From: Craspedostauros australis
Taxonomy: Eukaryota
Direction of reading: 5' to 3'
NCBI GenBank assembly: GCA_030167865.1
Contig: JALAGF010000286.1
Location: forward strand, 1-64,000
DNA: 64,000 nt
The position numbers and the translations under genes are program-made. The notes below the pieces were generated by a model. It was not told the origin of the DNA and did no database searches. It saw only the letters and a list, made by a program, of their open reading frames with translations. Below, piece by piece: positions 45,770 to 58,273 of the stretch. How positions within the stretch are numbered: the stretch's first letter is position 1; each line of letters opens with the position of its first letter.

Positions 45770-46628
45770 ATGGGCTGGTTTGGAGGCAACAAAGGTCCGT
45801 ACCATTCAACTGCACAATGCGATGCGATTCTCAAAGAGATGTGATGGCACGATCCTTCCGTACTCCGATTGTGTTGCACTTTGTTGCAGCATCAGTAGTC
45901 GTTCCTTGAACTGTGCGCGCTTCTGCGTTAGACATGATCATGATCTCACTCACTCGGTGTTTCCTCTCGAATGCGTGAACCTTCAGCCACCTTTCATCCC
46001 TTGCTATCATGACGATCATTCCTATTATATTGCTCCCCATTGCAATTTCCAATTCTAATTCATGTTGTAATTCTCACTACCCCACGAACAACGGCACACC
46101 GTCTTCCACAACGCAGTGAAGGATGAATCGGCCGCCAAATCGGCGACAAGGTCACCCAATGACATTGAGAATGCCAACCTCCCTGTCGCTGTGCCCATCC
46201 ATGCACAAGTCGTGCACACACCTGCCGCTCCACCACCGCAACAGCCAGCGTACCAGGCGCCGCCACAGCCAACGATCGTGCAGAACAACAACGTCGCGGC
46301 GAGCCCGCCAATTCAACAACTCAAACCTTACAAGCCCAACCAGCAACCGCCGTCCATGTTCCTCAATGATCCCGTCCTGAAACGCCATCCGATGATGATG
46401 AGGTGCTGCCCCATTTGCGGGCAGGAATCGCGAACGCGCATCATCACCGGTCCCAATTGGATGACATGGCTGGCCTGCGTCGTGCTGTTCATTCTGTGCT
46501 GGCCATTCTGCTGGGTGCCGCTGGTGGTGGATGCGATGAAGCTGACGGAGCACTACTGCGTGCTGTGCAATGGATTGGTGGGGCGCGTGGAGCCCATGAA
46601 GGACTGTTGTGTGCGATCCAGTACTTGA
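45770..46628 (+). CDS. LITAF-domain protein; exons 45770-45794 and 46117-46628
   Basis: CPIC, a hydrophobic segment with CWPFCWVP, and HYCVLC. The short exon MGWFGGNK splices in frame through a GT-AG intron. Confidence 0.88.
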
Positions 46629-47457
46629 GCGTATCGATTCCACACTCCAAACCTCCCAAAACCAAACGCTATTCGAATAGAATAACAAATGCTGTGAAAT
46701 ATAAATGTCCTTGTAGAATAGTACTCTCTGGAATTGATTGGTGAAGAATAGTACTCTATTATTATTGTGTGTGCGGGTCAGACCACACTGGTAGGGACAT
46801 CTACTGTACTAGGAGAGCATACTGCATGTGATCCTCCATTCAGTCGCACCTTTGGCATGCACCACCTACACGTGGCCATTCCTCCACGGTACCTCTTGGA
46901 GTGATTGCGAATCCAGCGCTATTGTTAGTCATGTTAACTGTTCCTCTTGCGTCCGAACATTTCGTCGTATGGAACTGTGCACTGTCGTTGTTTCCCCTTC
47001 GTATGTTCGTCGTCACATCGTTTCCTTCTCCCCCACCCCTCCCACATCGATGGCCGTCTTGTCGTCTCACTATCGCTGTGTGTACAAGCAAGTACCAATA
47101 CTTGCTCGTATTACATATATGTCCCAATCGACAACAAGCATTGTTGCTGATCTGGTTGTCCCATCCAAAAATAACATTGTCTGCTCCTATTGCCTTGCCA
47201 GGCGCATCTTTCCATCTCATGATCGCCTTCATGTGCCGAGGCACAGTCTCATGCCTCAAGACACGAAGCACCAGCAATCAATCCGTTAACATCGAATCGA
47301 ACGTTCGTATTTTCTGGTCGATATACTGGTCCAGCCACGGGAGCATGAACGCACGTGAGAAGATGCATACTGTTTGCGCCGTGCATGTGTAAGTGTGCGC
47401 CGCACGAAGGCGCTACATGCACGTCCATCCGACGCAACCGGGCAAGGCAAGTAGCAG

Positions 47458-50400
47458 TCATGAAGCCGCACTTGTTGGCTGCTGCTTCGGAGGTGGTGTC
47501 GGTGGGTCTTGCTTCTTGGGTGTGGAGGAAGACCAAGTGAAGGCTTCGCGTTTGTTGCTGCGGGAATTGCTTCTTCCGCTGCCGGGTGTCGCGGCGGGAG
47601 ATGATCGGCCGTGGTTGCTTGAGGCCATGTACGGCCCGGGCGGATCCGTCTTTGTCTTCTTGTTGGATTTGTTGGCAGGCGAGCCCTTGCTGCCGCCCCG
47701 GTTCGCACGCGCAGCGAGCAATCCATCAGCCTGACCCACACGCCCGTACGTGGCTTCGTTTTGAGAAGTGGGCATAACGGTGCCGCCGTTTGCCGGGAGG
47801 GCGTAGTGCTGTTGTCTCGCCTGCTGGCTGCTTGGTGACGCTGAGGATGTCGGTGTGACCGTCGCCGGTGTGTCGGGTTGGTACGGTGAGTTCCTAGACG
47901 GTGAATACGCGGACGCAGTGGATGACGCAGCGGTAGAAGGTGTGTGCACCTGCTTGATGCGCTTGGGTGTTGAGGGTGGGGTGTCGGAGGTTGAATCATT
48001 GCCCCGCACATTCTCAGAATCTTCCACACCGCTGATATTGTCCAGATGGATCGACGAAAAGGGAAGAGATGGCTGAGGCATCTTGCAAAGCGGCACCATC
48101 TTGTGTTTCGTCTTCAATCCGATGCGCATCATGTCACCCTCCTGCCACATGGACTCCTGGATTTGCTCCAAGAAGTGCTGCTGCGGACCGATAACCATGC
48201 CGGGACGGCAGATCCGCATCCAACCGATCGCTTCGGCTGCCGTGAATTTGTAATGCTTCATGAGGTAGGCACCGATGCAGGTGCCTGTTCTGCCCAGGCC
48301 AGCCTTGCAATGCACGGCGAATGCCTCGTCCTTCGGTAAGGACTCGAACGTGCGCACCACCCTGTTCAGGATCTTCATGGGCGGACAGCTACCATCGAGG
48401 TAGAACTGCTCGAAATGTCGAATTCCCGCGCGTTCGAAGTCCGCTTCGTCGTACATCCTCTTGTTGAGACGCACTACCAAACCCACATGCTTCTTCTTGA
48501 AGTACGGGATGTAGTCCGCCGGTGCCAAGGTGCAGAAGCCCTCCGGTGAGATGTTCTTCTGGAAGGATGGACCCGCAACTGCCAGGATCTTACCTTCGAC
48601 GATCCAGTTCAGATCTCCGTTCTGCATGTGAATGGTATGGTTGGGTTTGGCGGAATTGATTGTGAGATGGATTTGCGTTGTGAGATCGAAAAGCATGCGA
48701 GTGCATCACACAAAATGAAGCTTGTGATCATCTGACACACACACCCACACACGAGTGCAAGTATGTCACCATTCAATATCCTGCATACCATCGCACAATG
48801 ACAACGACAGCGCTGACATGCCACGTCACGCCGAGTATGACTACGTACCTCCACTTGCTCAAAGTATTCATACTCTTGGACGTTGAACGTATTCTTCTCA
48901 CCAGTCTGCAAGATCTCCTCGATGGAGTTGACTTTGCGCACCGGGTTGCCGTGACCGTTGTTCGTATCACGGCCCAGATCGTTCCACGTGAAGAAGTTGT
49001 ACTGTCTGGCCTTCTGCAATCCCTGCAGACAGTGGAGCAGGGTGAGGTCGTAGGTGCAGGCGCAGGGCGATGCATCATGGAAGGCCGGCAACGGTGCGAC
49101 GGTCCAGTGCCCGACCTCCGTCAATGGTGACAAGGGTGGGAGGCTGGAGTTAACGGTGGGACTCGCCAGGACGGACGATTTGAGGAAGCCGTAGCAGGCC
49201 TCCTCGGGCGTTCTGTTGAGGTAGAGCACTTGCCAGGCGCAGATGCAGTAGACGGCGTTGGCGCGCTTCGTGGGGATGGACGCCGAGGTGTGAACGCAAA
49301 CCTTCTTGTGGACCTTGAGGGCATTGTTGAGCTTTTCCGAGAATCGATAGAGCTGTCCCAAGTTGAGCGGACCGAAGTCGAGGAAGAAGTTCCAGTACAG
49401 CAGCTCGTGATCGATCGAGAAGAAGTACACAGGATCCTTGTCCGCCGTCGTGGTGCTCGTGGAAGGAGCAGGGAACGGGCTGCGCAAATTGAGGACCTTG
49501 TCGGTGTTGGCATGTTGTGCGTTGTCACCATAGGCCGCCCCCGATGACATGACAGGGTCGGTGTTGAGGGCGCAGAAGTATAACCGATGGGGAATGATGG
49601 TGACAGCTCCGCGCATGGGATTCTTGCTGTTGCGGTGCTTGTAGTTATTGGCAGTCACATGACCCATCATTTCCGAGGCAGCACGCGTCATGGTTGGATT
49701 GGGCTGTCGCTTCGGCGTTGATCGTGGCGAGGCATTTCGAGAATGATGATCCCTGGGCGATGACGAAGTGCGTGCTCGGGTGCCCTTGGGGGATGCATTT
49801 GCTGATTGTTTTTTGCTCTTTGGTGCAGAGACTGACCGCCTGCTTCCAGGTGACTTCTGTTGCTGCATGTTGGGATGGGTCGCGTTCTTTTTGCTTTTGC
49901 TTTTGCCTTTGGTTGGTGGGGTGGTGGGATCGCTGGTGTTGGAGTTGCTGCGTGATGGTGATTTCGAAGACGGCTGTTCACCTGGATCGCCCTTGTCACT
50001 ATTATCGTCGCCGTTCTTGCGTTCACTGCTGGCCTGCTGCTTCTGTTGTTTGGAGGAGAATGCCTTCCCGCTGTAGATACCTTTGATGGAGAGTCCAAAT
50101 GGCAACCAAGATGGCTTTGTTTGTGAGTTAGATTTGTTCTTCGAAGGCGATGCTTGCACAAGAGGTGTTCCAGGTGCCGAGGCTGTGATGTTGTTGATGC
50201 CAACAAAGAAGCCGAGTCGAATAAGGGGGAAGGAAGGAAGAAGGAGAGACAATACACGATGGAGATATGACCAGTATGATACTGCCATGTGAGTTGATAT
50301 TGCTGTTGCTGCTTTTGCTTGTGGTGTTGTCAAACGATGGGTATTGGTACGAGCATGGTGTTGTTCTGAAGGAATAAACCGTTGCTGATGGCTGCCACTG

Positions 50401-50764
50401 GCGAGGTGCGCGATGGTTGAGGAAATTCAGGAACAATGCGATTGTCCCAACCACAGCGGTGGCTACGAGTGCAAGAGGGGGGATGTGGGATGTGGCGCTT
50501 ACAGGTGTCGACGTTGGTGGAAGAGAGAGAGGCTGTTTCGTTGGAGGAGGACTGCGCAGATGTGACGGATGATGGGACGGAACCAGAAGAAGATGTCCTT
50601 GAGGACGCGGCCGACAATGGTGCTGACGTTGCCGGTTTCCACGACGCAGTGTTTTGCGTGAGGGTTGGATCCCGCAACACAAGGCGTTCTGCGGTGACAA
50701 CGAGCTCGCCGGTGACGTCGTTGCTGTCGTTGACAGGATCCGTGGAGACGGCAACTGATGCCAT
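47458..50764 (-). CDS. CDC14: Cdc14 dual-specificity phosphatase (~919 aa); exons 50764-50503, 50182-48849, 48621-47458
   Basis: Motifs FFLDFGPLNLGQLYRF, KRANA, FHDAS, EQVE-NGDLNWIV, VVRLNK, DGSCP, VHCKAGLGRTG and WMRICRPGMVIGPQQ. Introns are phase-compatible. Confidence 0.94.
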
Positions 50765-52969
50765 GGTGCTATGTCACGTTTGTGATATTGATGTCGATAG
50801 TGACGCTGGTGCGGATCTGGACGTCGTTATGAGCTTGCGATGCGCACTGATCTGCTTTGTATCAGTATCAGGGCTGAGTTTGGGGACAGGGGCTGTTTTG
50901 TGGTGTGTTGGTGCAGGGCTTGTGATGTTGATGGGGAAGAGCGTAGCGCGCGTATGTGTTGTATCTTTGTGATGTGGTGTTGCTGATGGAGGCGCTGCTG
51001 ATGCTTCTGTTCCTTGTGAGAACAGGACATGTCTTCCTCACGGATTTGGCAGCAGCTCTGTCGCACTTCCCACCACAACGCATCAGGAGGCGTTGTGGTA
51101 CACACAGCGTGGTGCTCACTGTTCGGTTTCTGCGCTGTGTTCTGTAGACAGCACCAATCGTGATTTGATGCATGTTCTGCACGAACGGATGCGTTGATGT
51201 GCGAGCGGCATCACTGTTGGCATGTTCGTCCTCGTCCTCGTTGTGGAGTCTCTGTCACTGTCAGTTGGACATGGATGTTTTCCGACGATTGTGGATGGTG
51301 TCCCGCACAGCCTTCTCCCAGTCGCCTCGACGACGATCAACGACGATCAACACCCAAGACTTGTCACGTTGAAGTTCTTGTTGAAACAGAAAGTGACATT
51401 TCTCTTTGGGTGTCCCTCAACATCCTCCACAAGAAATATTTCGGCCACACCGCAGCCTCCATCCCCAACATCTATCACCCGCCAATCCAACATTCCACCC
51501 CCGTTGTTCCCGGAATCTCTGCCCTTGACATCTTCCATTGCCATTCACCTCAACGCGCGAAGGCATCATCGTCCCTCACAGAGCGAGAGCGAGGTGCATT
51601 GCCAAGAACGCAGCCGAAGCCATTCATGGAAGCACCCGTCAATGCATCCATAGACTTGTGCACGTCTCTCTCTCCCTCCCTCATTCGACAGCTTTTAGCT
51701 GCCCCCGGCCTCCTCATCATTCCATCTCATTGTTGTCCACCAACCCGCCGCGGCGGCTGCTGATCTCTTCGTCAAACGAGTGCCGTCATTGTCGCAACCA
51801 AACAAGAGTCGCACCATCCCGTCTGCACACGCACCTCAAACAATGGACTCAGCACAAGCTGGTTGCAGAGAGAATCTGCCGTACCTCTGCAGACTCCGTG
51901 TTTCCCGATTGGTTATTTTCTGTGTCAACGTTCGTCTCCGACTTGCGCTCGGAATGCCAACGCGGAGTGGATGCAAGTTATTAAAATTGGAGCGTTTGTC
52001 GTCCGTTGCTGTTGATGTGCGCAACAAAACTTGCTTCTCTCGACACCTCTTCTGTCTTCACCGATCACTGTTGTCTGCAATGCCAACGTTGGTGGAAGGT
52101 TCCGCTGAGCGTGGAGTGAGGCGGAGCGTTGCTCTGCTTGTTGTTATCTCTCAGCCAGGTCAACTCAAGTCGGGTTGGATGGATGATTGTCTTTTTCTTC
52201 TTCCTGTTCTCGTTGTTGTTGGTCTTGTTGTTCTTGTTCTTGTTCTTGTTGTGTCGATTTTGGTCTCTTCGCACCTCTCTCTGTTTGTTGATCCCAAACT
52301 CGTCTCTCTCTCTCTCTCTGTGCCGGTTGTCCCTCGTTTTCTCTTGTGCTGTTTCCCACACGTCTGCCACGGGCTACTTTTTTCCTCCCCCATCACCGAA
52401 TCGACACCATCTTGTCCGCGGCACGTCTCCCCTTCGCGTTTTTTGCAACTTCACACCAAACTCAGCACGCCGGGCGGTTTCCAACTATCTGGCACATATC
52501 AACGCACCATGGGTGAGACAGTCGTCAACGGAAGACGAGTTTCGGTCGTGTCACGAGTATTTCCAGCGTCCAGTACATACTCTCAACATGAAAATAGGTC
52601 AGGCCATTTTTTCACACTCGGAGTAGTCAGGTTCTCTGGCTGTGCCTGCTCGTTCGATTTATTGCGGCTCACAGACCGTTGAACGCAAGCCAACCGTTGA
52701 ACGACATTGATGAGAGACCATGTGCCCCCTTTTCAATTGCTATGAAAGGGGTGGATTCAATATCCCCCGAATTTGTCTCAAATGGTATCTTTCTTGTGAT
52801 GTCTCGGACAACTGACGTTGTCGTGTTCTGCTGATCCTCATCAGATGATGCTCATCCTTTGGATACAAGGGAAGAGGGGGACATACATACAGAGAGAAAG
52901 AAAGAGACCTGCGCATTGGCTCCAATTCGCCATTGCAGCCATCATCTGCATTGAGTCTCATCCATCCAA

Positions 52970-54337
52970 ATGTCTCGGATCGATCATTCGTCGTGTCTCC
53001 TGCTGCTCGTCTTCCTCGCAACCTCCGTGATGGGCGCTGCGGCATTCTTCGGCTCATTGTCAACATCAATATCGCTGCAAAGATGTGCGAGGTCAATGTT
53101 GGCACCATCTTTGCGAAACAGAAGAGCGCTCGAAACATCATGCCGCGGACACCGTCGCATGTTTGCTGCACAACGAAGCAACGGCGACCTTCACTTCATT
53201 CCAATTGCTTCGCAGAATGCGACGCTGCGATCCACGATGGACAGCGAGACAGAAACGCTCTTGGCGTATCGGTACAAACGGCCTAAGGCATTGCTGGGGC
53301 TTGAGGCATTAACGGAGACCAGGCGGACGAGAAAAGAAGAAACCGTCGTGGTGATTCTGAATGGTTTCGGTTCCACGATGGACGGAAGCAACAAGGTTGC
53401 AACCATCGTTGATCACATCCATTCCAAATGGAACACTGACCAAACGACGCGATATGTCTCCACCCTCACCATGGATTACAGAGGACATGGCAGGTCCACT
53501 TTCCGCCGACGTCGCCGTGACGACACCGCCAGTCAGTCACCAACTTCGACAGAAGCCGAGTCCAGCACCGCCCAGCTCCACGATTTCGTCTTGAGCGATT
53601 GGATGCACGACGTGGAACAAGTCTTCCACAAGGTCATCCTGCACAACAGTGAGGACGAGGATAAGGACATCCGCACATCCGTCATCATCGTCGCATCATC
53701 GATGGGTGCATTGATCGCATTGAATGTGATCCGCATGTCGCTCGGCAATGTCAGCAACGACAAGATGATAATCGCCGGGCTGGTTGGAATCGCGGCAGCT
53801 CCCAGATTTCTGCAGCATGTGTACGACACGCAGCTGTCACACGAACAGAAGCACCAGCAGCTGCCACAGCAAGGGTACATCCAGTTTTCATCCCAGTACA
53901 AGATGACACCAGAATCCAGCAACAACAACAACAACAGCAACAATATGAATGTGACCACTGCGCAATCTACGGAATCTACAACGCCGCTGCCACCAACCAA
54001 TCCCGATCCGTATTCTGTAATCTTGACCCAGCGATTATTCGACGATGCAAAACAATGGAACCTGCCGTTGAATTCCAAGACACCCTTCCCATTTCCGATC
54101 CACCTGTTTCACGGAATGCAAGACCCCGATGTGCCCCATGACATGGCATTGCAGCTTGCCAAGTGTTTGGATCCCAATCCGACAGTTGCAACATTCCCTG
54201 CCACACGTCCAGCTCACAAAGTTCACCTCACATTGTTTCCAAATGGTGACCATCGTTTGTCCAAGCCGCAGGAGTTGCCTCCCATTTTGGAGGTGGTGGA
54301 TGATCTCATTGCGCGTGCGCTCCTTGAACAGCAATAG
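52970..54337 (+). CDS. Alpha/beta hydrolase, ABHD10-like, probably plastid-targeted
   Basis: GFGSTMDGSNK, DYRGHGRS, nucleophile ASSMG, HGMQDPDVP and GDHRLS. Signal peptide plus AAAF. Confidence 0.87.
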   Translation: MSRIDHSSCLLLLVFLATSVMGAAAFFGSLSTSISLQRCARSMLAPSLRNRRALETSCRGHRRMFAAQRSNGDLHFIPIASQNATLRSTMDSETETLLAYRYKRPKALLGLEALTETRRTRKEETVVVILNGFGSTMDGSNKVATIVDHIHSKWNTDQTTRYVSTLTMDYRGHGRSTFRRRRRDDTASQSPTSTEAESSTAQLHDFVLSDWMHDVEQVFHKVILHNSEDEDKDIRTSVIIVASSMGALIALNVIRMSLGNVSNDKMIIAGLVGIAAAPRFLQHVYDTQLSHEQKHQQLPQQGYIQFSSQYKMTPESSNNNNNSNNMNVTTAQSTESTTPLPPTNPDPYSVILTQRLFDDAKQWNLPLNSKTPFPFPIHLFHGMQDPDVPHDMALQLAKCLDPNPTVATFPATRPAHKVHLTLFPNGDHRLSKPQELPPILEVVDDLIARALLEQQ

Positions 54338-54586
54338 CTGCAGCAAGGATGATCCTGGCCATGGTCTGGCTACTCGTACCCCACCAGTGTGTACGAGTAC
54401 GAGTATGAAACGCGAGCTTGATAGTCGTACACGCATCGCGCACCAGGACAGATGGACGAATAGAGTAGAGCATAGTTAAGTATGAACATAGTTAAGTATA
54501 GGAATTACGAGTACGAGTACGAGTACGAATATATAATAGTACTCTGGAGGAGTTCACTGCAACATGTGAAAAGAATTCAATCCTTC

Positions 54587-57500
54587 TCATGTAGTTTGCG
54601 GAAACATATCTTGTACACCACGCGGGGATGGCTCCACGTGCTTCTTCTTCTTGGACGATGACTTGTTGCGGCGCAGACGTCTCCGGCTGCCGCTGTCGTT
54701 GCTTCGTGGAGTCTCGTGCGTTGGTGTGTTGAAGGACGAGAGGCTCATATGCACCGTCGATGGGGTCTGGGGAGTGGATAGAGACTTCCTAGAATACTTG
54801 GACGGTGTGTTGACGGACAGAGCAGCTGCGGCTGCCGCCGCGGAAGCAGACGCTGGCAACGGGTCGGATCTGCGAGAGATTTTTGATCTTGCCAGTTTTC
54901 TGCTGGACAACGCCTTGCATGGGGTCGAGTGGTGCTGGTGGTCTTTGGTCTGCTGCAGCTTCTTCCTGCTCGCGGCGATGACGGGTGTCGTCGACAGGTG
55001 GTTACTGTCGATGAACAAGGCATCCTGGTACTTGTCCTTGAGGTTCGATCTCGGGTGCGAGTTCTTCTTGTTGGATCCCTTGCCTTCCTCGGGAGGATCG
55101 ACGACGAGCCTGGATTGAGACAGCCGTTGTTCGATGGCATCGTCAGATAGGAACAATGCCAACGACGATGATGGTTTGCGCAACGCGCGTTCGTCGTCAT
55201 CTTCTTCATCGTGCCGGCCAGTGTTCACGTTTCGCCCGCTGTTGCCACCGCCACCGCCTGCCTTCAAACCTCTGCGAGACCTGGTCAATGATGACGATCT
55301 AGACCTGGACCGTCGGGGCGATCCTGAGCGGAGTCTACGCGAGGAACTGCCGGCGACGCGACGTTCGTACAACCTCGCCATGGGCTGACGCTTGAGGGAG
55401 ACACGTCGGCGGCTGGGTGGGGCCTTCATGTTGTGATCTGGACACTCTTCTTGTAGCTGCTGCTGCTGCTGCTGTTCTCCGCCAGGGTACGGGAACGTTG
55501 GATATTTGGTGTTGCTGGGTGGAACGGCAGGATCTGCAGCATTGCTCTGCGGCATTGGGGGAGGTACGATGTCGGCCTCCAAGGCCGCCAGTTCTTCCTC
55601 GTCAGATGAATGCTTCGACAGATAGCTGGACAGCGAGGTCCTTGTGCTGGTCGATGGCGTTGGCACGACGGACGCTGCGGCGGTTTCCCCCGCATGGCTG
55701 GAAAGCCGTCTCTCGTTGCTCCCCCGACGTCTTGCGGAAATCCGTCTCTTCGATGATGCGGACGATGACTTGGAGGAGGGTGTGCAGACGCCAGGCGAGG
55801 CTCCCGCATCGTTCGCCAAGTTCAGCTCCACAGACATTGCACGTTGGCGGCGTCCCATGTGGGCATTGGGTTGGCGGTGGCGGGCCGATCCGTAGGAAGC
55901 GGTTCGCCTAGGAGGCACCCGACGTCCTTCGTTCTGCGATCGCGGGTGATGTTGCTGTTGCTGTTGTTGCTGTTGCACCAAGGATCGTCGTCGAGAGGAG
56001 GAGGCGGAGCGAGACTTTGATGGTGATCTGGATGGTCGGAGCCGACGAATTGGATGCCGCGCGCGTCTCCGCGAAGCTCGTCGTTCTTGCTTTTCGGCAA
56101 ACGCCAACTCTCGGAACGACTCAGAACCATGCGGAATGCTGTTGCCCATCGTCGAGTTCGATTCGCCATGGTTCGAACTCGCATCGCCGGTAACGTCAAA
56201 CCCGGATTCTTTCAGGTCAAGAAGACTGTGTGATGTCTCGAAGGTTGTCGAATCGACCTCGTTATCTTCGACTTCCTCAGCGTCTTCCTCATTACCGTCT
56301 TCGTGGGCTAGGTGCTCGTTGCCGCCCTTTCCTTCTTCAGCTGCTGCATTGTTTGCCAAATCCGGCTCAGCATCATCCATTGAATCCTCTTCATCTTCCA
56401 TCTCTGGCAATGATGCAAACGCCTTCTCCATCGTGCTCTTGCGCTTTTGGCTAGGCCTCTCCTTTGTCTGTCGTTGTGGCTGTGTTTGCTGTTGCTGTTG
56501 CTGTTCATCGCCAACATGAAAGGACATAACATCAGCGCTGAGGAAGGATTGGTGGTAGAAGCTGTCCATGCTCAGACTCTGCTTCACAGGTCGAACGCTC
56601 GATGGCTGGAGGTTAATCTCTTCTTCGTGCTCGTCTTCCTGATTGTCATCATGCTGCCTCTTGACATCGTGACTTGACGATGCTGACCTTGGAGGTGCAA
56701 CTCGTGAGATGCGTCGGCTGCGACGGTGGTGCTTTTGATCGGTTTCCGACTTTTCTGCTGTCCCTTCCCTCGAGGTGCTGCGACGTCGTTGGCCATGCTG
56801 CGATCTGCGTTCACGTTGGCGATGTCGTTGTGCTGGATAGGGGGACTGGGAGGATGGTTCAGGCTCGTTGCCCAACTCGGGGACATCTGATGAAGTCACC
56901 ATGTTGTGTTGGCTGCTTGACTTCCTGCGAGGCACATTCGACTTCGTCGATCTGCGTTTGCCTTGCTGTTCGAGGTGGGCCTGCAGCAGAGTCTGCGATG
57001 GTCGTCGTTCCGCTCTGCAATTGGCATCGACGGCAATCCCGTCGCTATCCCCATCCGTTTCCCCTTGTGCTTCTGTCTCCGATCCGTCTGCGTCGCTCGA
57101 GGCGCAATCGCTATCCGAAGATGAATCGCTGTGGTTGCTGTGGTCGCCTTGGCTGTACCCACAATCTTCATCTTCGTACTCGGTGCAACTTTCAACGTCG
57201 CCATGGTCATCGTAGTGTCCATGATCATGTTCGGAAGATGAGGAGCAGTACGATGAATCGTCTCCACCGCTGCTATCGCTGCAATCGCTGCTGCTATCGT
57301 AGTCTTCATCGGTGCCCCTGTCGCTGGATGATGTAGAGGACTTGAGCAGATCCTTAAAGTTGAGATCGCGGCGATGCAGGCCGCGGCTGGTCTTGATGCT
57401 GGGCTCCCCGATCGTCAACGTTTCTTCGGAGGAGAAGGAAGACGAGAGCGACATGAGAGATGTGATGCCGGTGGCGGTGCTCTTGATGGATCGTCGGCTG

Positions 57501-58273
57501 AGCGTGCGATCGTGCGACATGGCATCCTCCATCTCCAGACGCCTCGACGATCGTCGGTGCTGCGGGCCGATCTGGGTGATGCTGTCATCGTCGCTGTTGC
57601 CATTGAGCGCTGCGGTGGCAGTGGTGGCAGCGCCACGTCTAATCTTCCTCCCTGGACCACCGATGCCAACGCCAGCACTGGCGACACTGATGTTGCGACT
57701 CTCGAGGTTGCTGCCGATGTTCCCGCTGCCAGCCTTGTGCTGCTTGGCCAAAAAGTCATCGAGCAGCTGCGCGTTGAAGTACTCTCGGAGGTGGTACTTG
57801 CGTCGTGCAAACTCTAGCCTGTCGGTGGCGGTTGGGGCCGGTGAAGGGTCTCCCGTCTTGTCCTGAGAGGCGTACAGGATGCCTCGCAGCGAAAGCCGTT
57901 CATCGAACAGAAACGCTTCCCAGATGGAGTTGAGGACGTCGTTGCCGCAGATTTGCATGGCATGCACCTGGTCCAACGTCCAGCTGTCCAAGTGCACGCT
58001 CTTGACGATGCAGATGTGCGTTCCCAACGATCGCAAGGCGCTGCAGCACTGGTAGCAGATGAAGGCGCCAAGCATGCTGACCGGTGATGCTGAGCCATCC
58101 GTCGATGGCTGAGCTCTGGTCGACGCGTTCGTCATGGATTGACTCGGCACCTTGACCAGCAAGGCCCAGGTGGTGTCGCGGATCCCGCATTCGGAGCAGA
58201 ATTGATTCTCTGGCAGCTTCCTCGTGGCTGCCAGCCGCTTCTTGCACAGGTTGTTCATAGTTGAGGTCGCCAT
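54587..58273 (-). CDS. ArfGAP-domain protein with a >1000-aa disordered S/R/D-rich tail; start uncertain (frame open upstream past 58348)
   Basis: LPENQFCSEC...WA...LGAFICYQC...LRSLGTHICIVKSVHLDSWT...GN...FARRKY. Confidence 0.85.
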   Translation of the reverse strand: MATSTMNNLCKKRLAATRKLPENQFCSECGIRDTTWALLVKVPSQSMTNASTRAQPSTDGSASPVSMLGAFICYQCCSALRSLGTHICIVKSVHLDSWTLDQVHAMQICGNDVLNSIWEAFLFDERLSLRGILYASQDKTGDPSPAPTATDRLEFARRKYHLREYFNAQLLDDFLAKQHKAGSGNIGSNLESRNISVASAGVGIGGPGRKIRRGAATTATAALNGNSDDDSITQIGPQHRRSSRRLEMEDAMSHDRTLSRRSIKSTATGITSLMSLSSSFSSEETLTIGEPSIKTSRGLHRRDLNFKDLLKSSTSSSDRGTDEDYDSSSDCSDSSGGDDSSYCSSSSEHDHGHYDDHGDVESCTEYEDEDCGYSQGDHSNHSDSSSDSDCASSDADGSETEAQGETDGDSDGIAVDANCRAERRPSQTLLQAHLEQQGKRRSTKSNVPRRKSSSQHNMVTSSDVPELGNEPEPSSQSPYPAQRHRQRERRSQHGQRRRSTSREGTAEKSETDQKHHRRSRRISRVAPPRSASSSHDVKRQHDDNQEDEHEEEINLQPSSVRPVKQSLSMDSFYHQSFLSADVMSFHVGDEQQQQQQTQPQRQTKERPSQKRKSTMEKAFASLPEMEDEEDSMDDAEPDLANNAAAEEGKGGNEHLAHEDGNEEDAEEVEDNEVDSTTFETSHSLLDLKESGFDVTGDASSNHGESNSTMGNSIPHGSESFRELAFAEKQERRASRRRARHPIRRLRPSRSPSKSRSASSSRRRSLVQQQQQQQQHHPRSQNEGRRVPPRRTASYGSARHRQPNAHMGRRQRAMSVELNLANDAGASPGVCTPSSKSSSASSKRRISARRRGSNERRLSSHAGETAAASVVPTPSTSTRTSLSSYLSKHSSDEEELAALEADIVPPPMPQSNAADPAVPPSNTKYPTFPYPGGEQQQQQQLQEECPDHNMKAPPSRRRVSLKRQPMARLYERRVAGSSSRRLRSGSPRRSRSRSSSLTRSRRGLKAGGGGGNSGRNVNTGRHDEEDDDERALRKPSSSLALFLSDDAIEQRLSQSRLVVDPPEEGKGSNKKNSHPRSNLKDKYQDALFIDSNHLSTTPVIAASRKKLQQTKDHQHHSTPCKALSSRKLARSKISRRSDPLPASASAAAAAAALSVNTPSKYSRKSLSTPQTPSTVHMSLSSFNTPTHETPRSNDSGSRRRLRRNKSSSKKKKHVEPSPRGVQDMFPQTT

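Noticed and set aside
51100-52900. ORFs between CDC14 and the hydrolase
   Set aside because: Driven by (CTTGTT)n and (CT)n simple repeats; not credible coding sequences.
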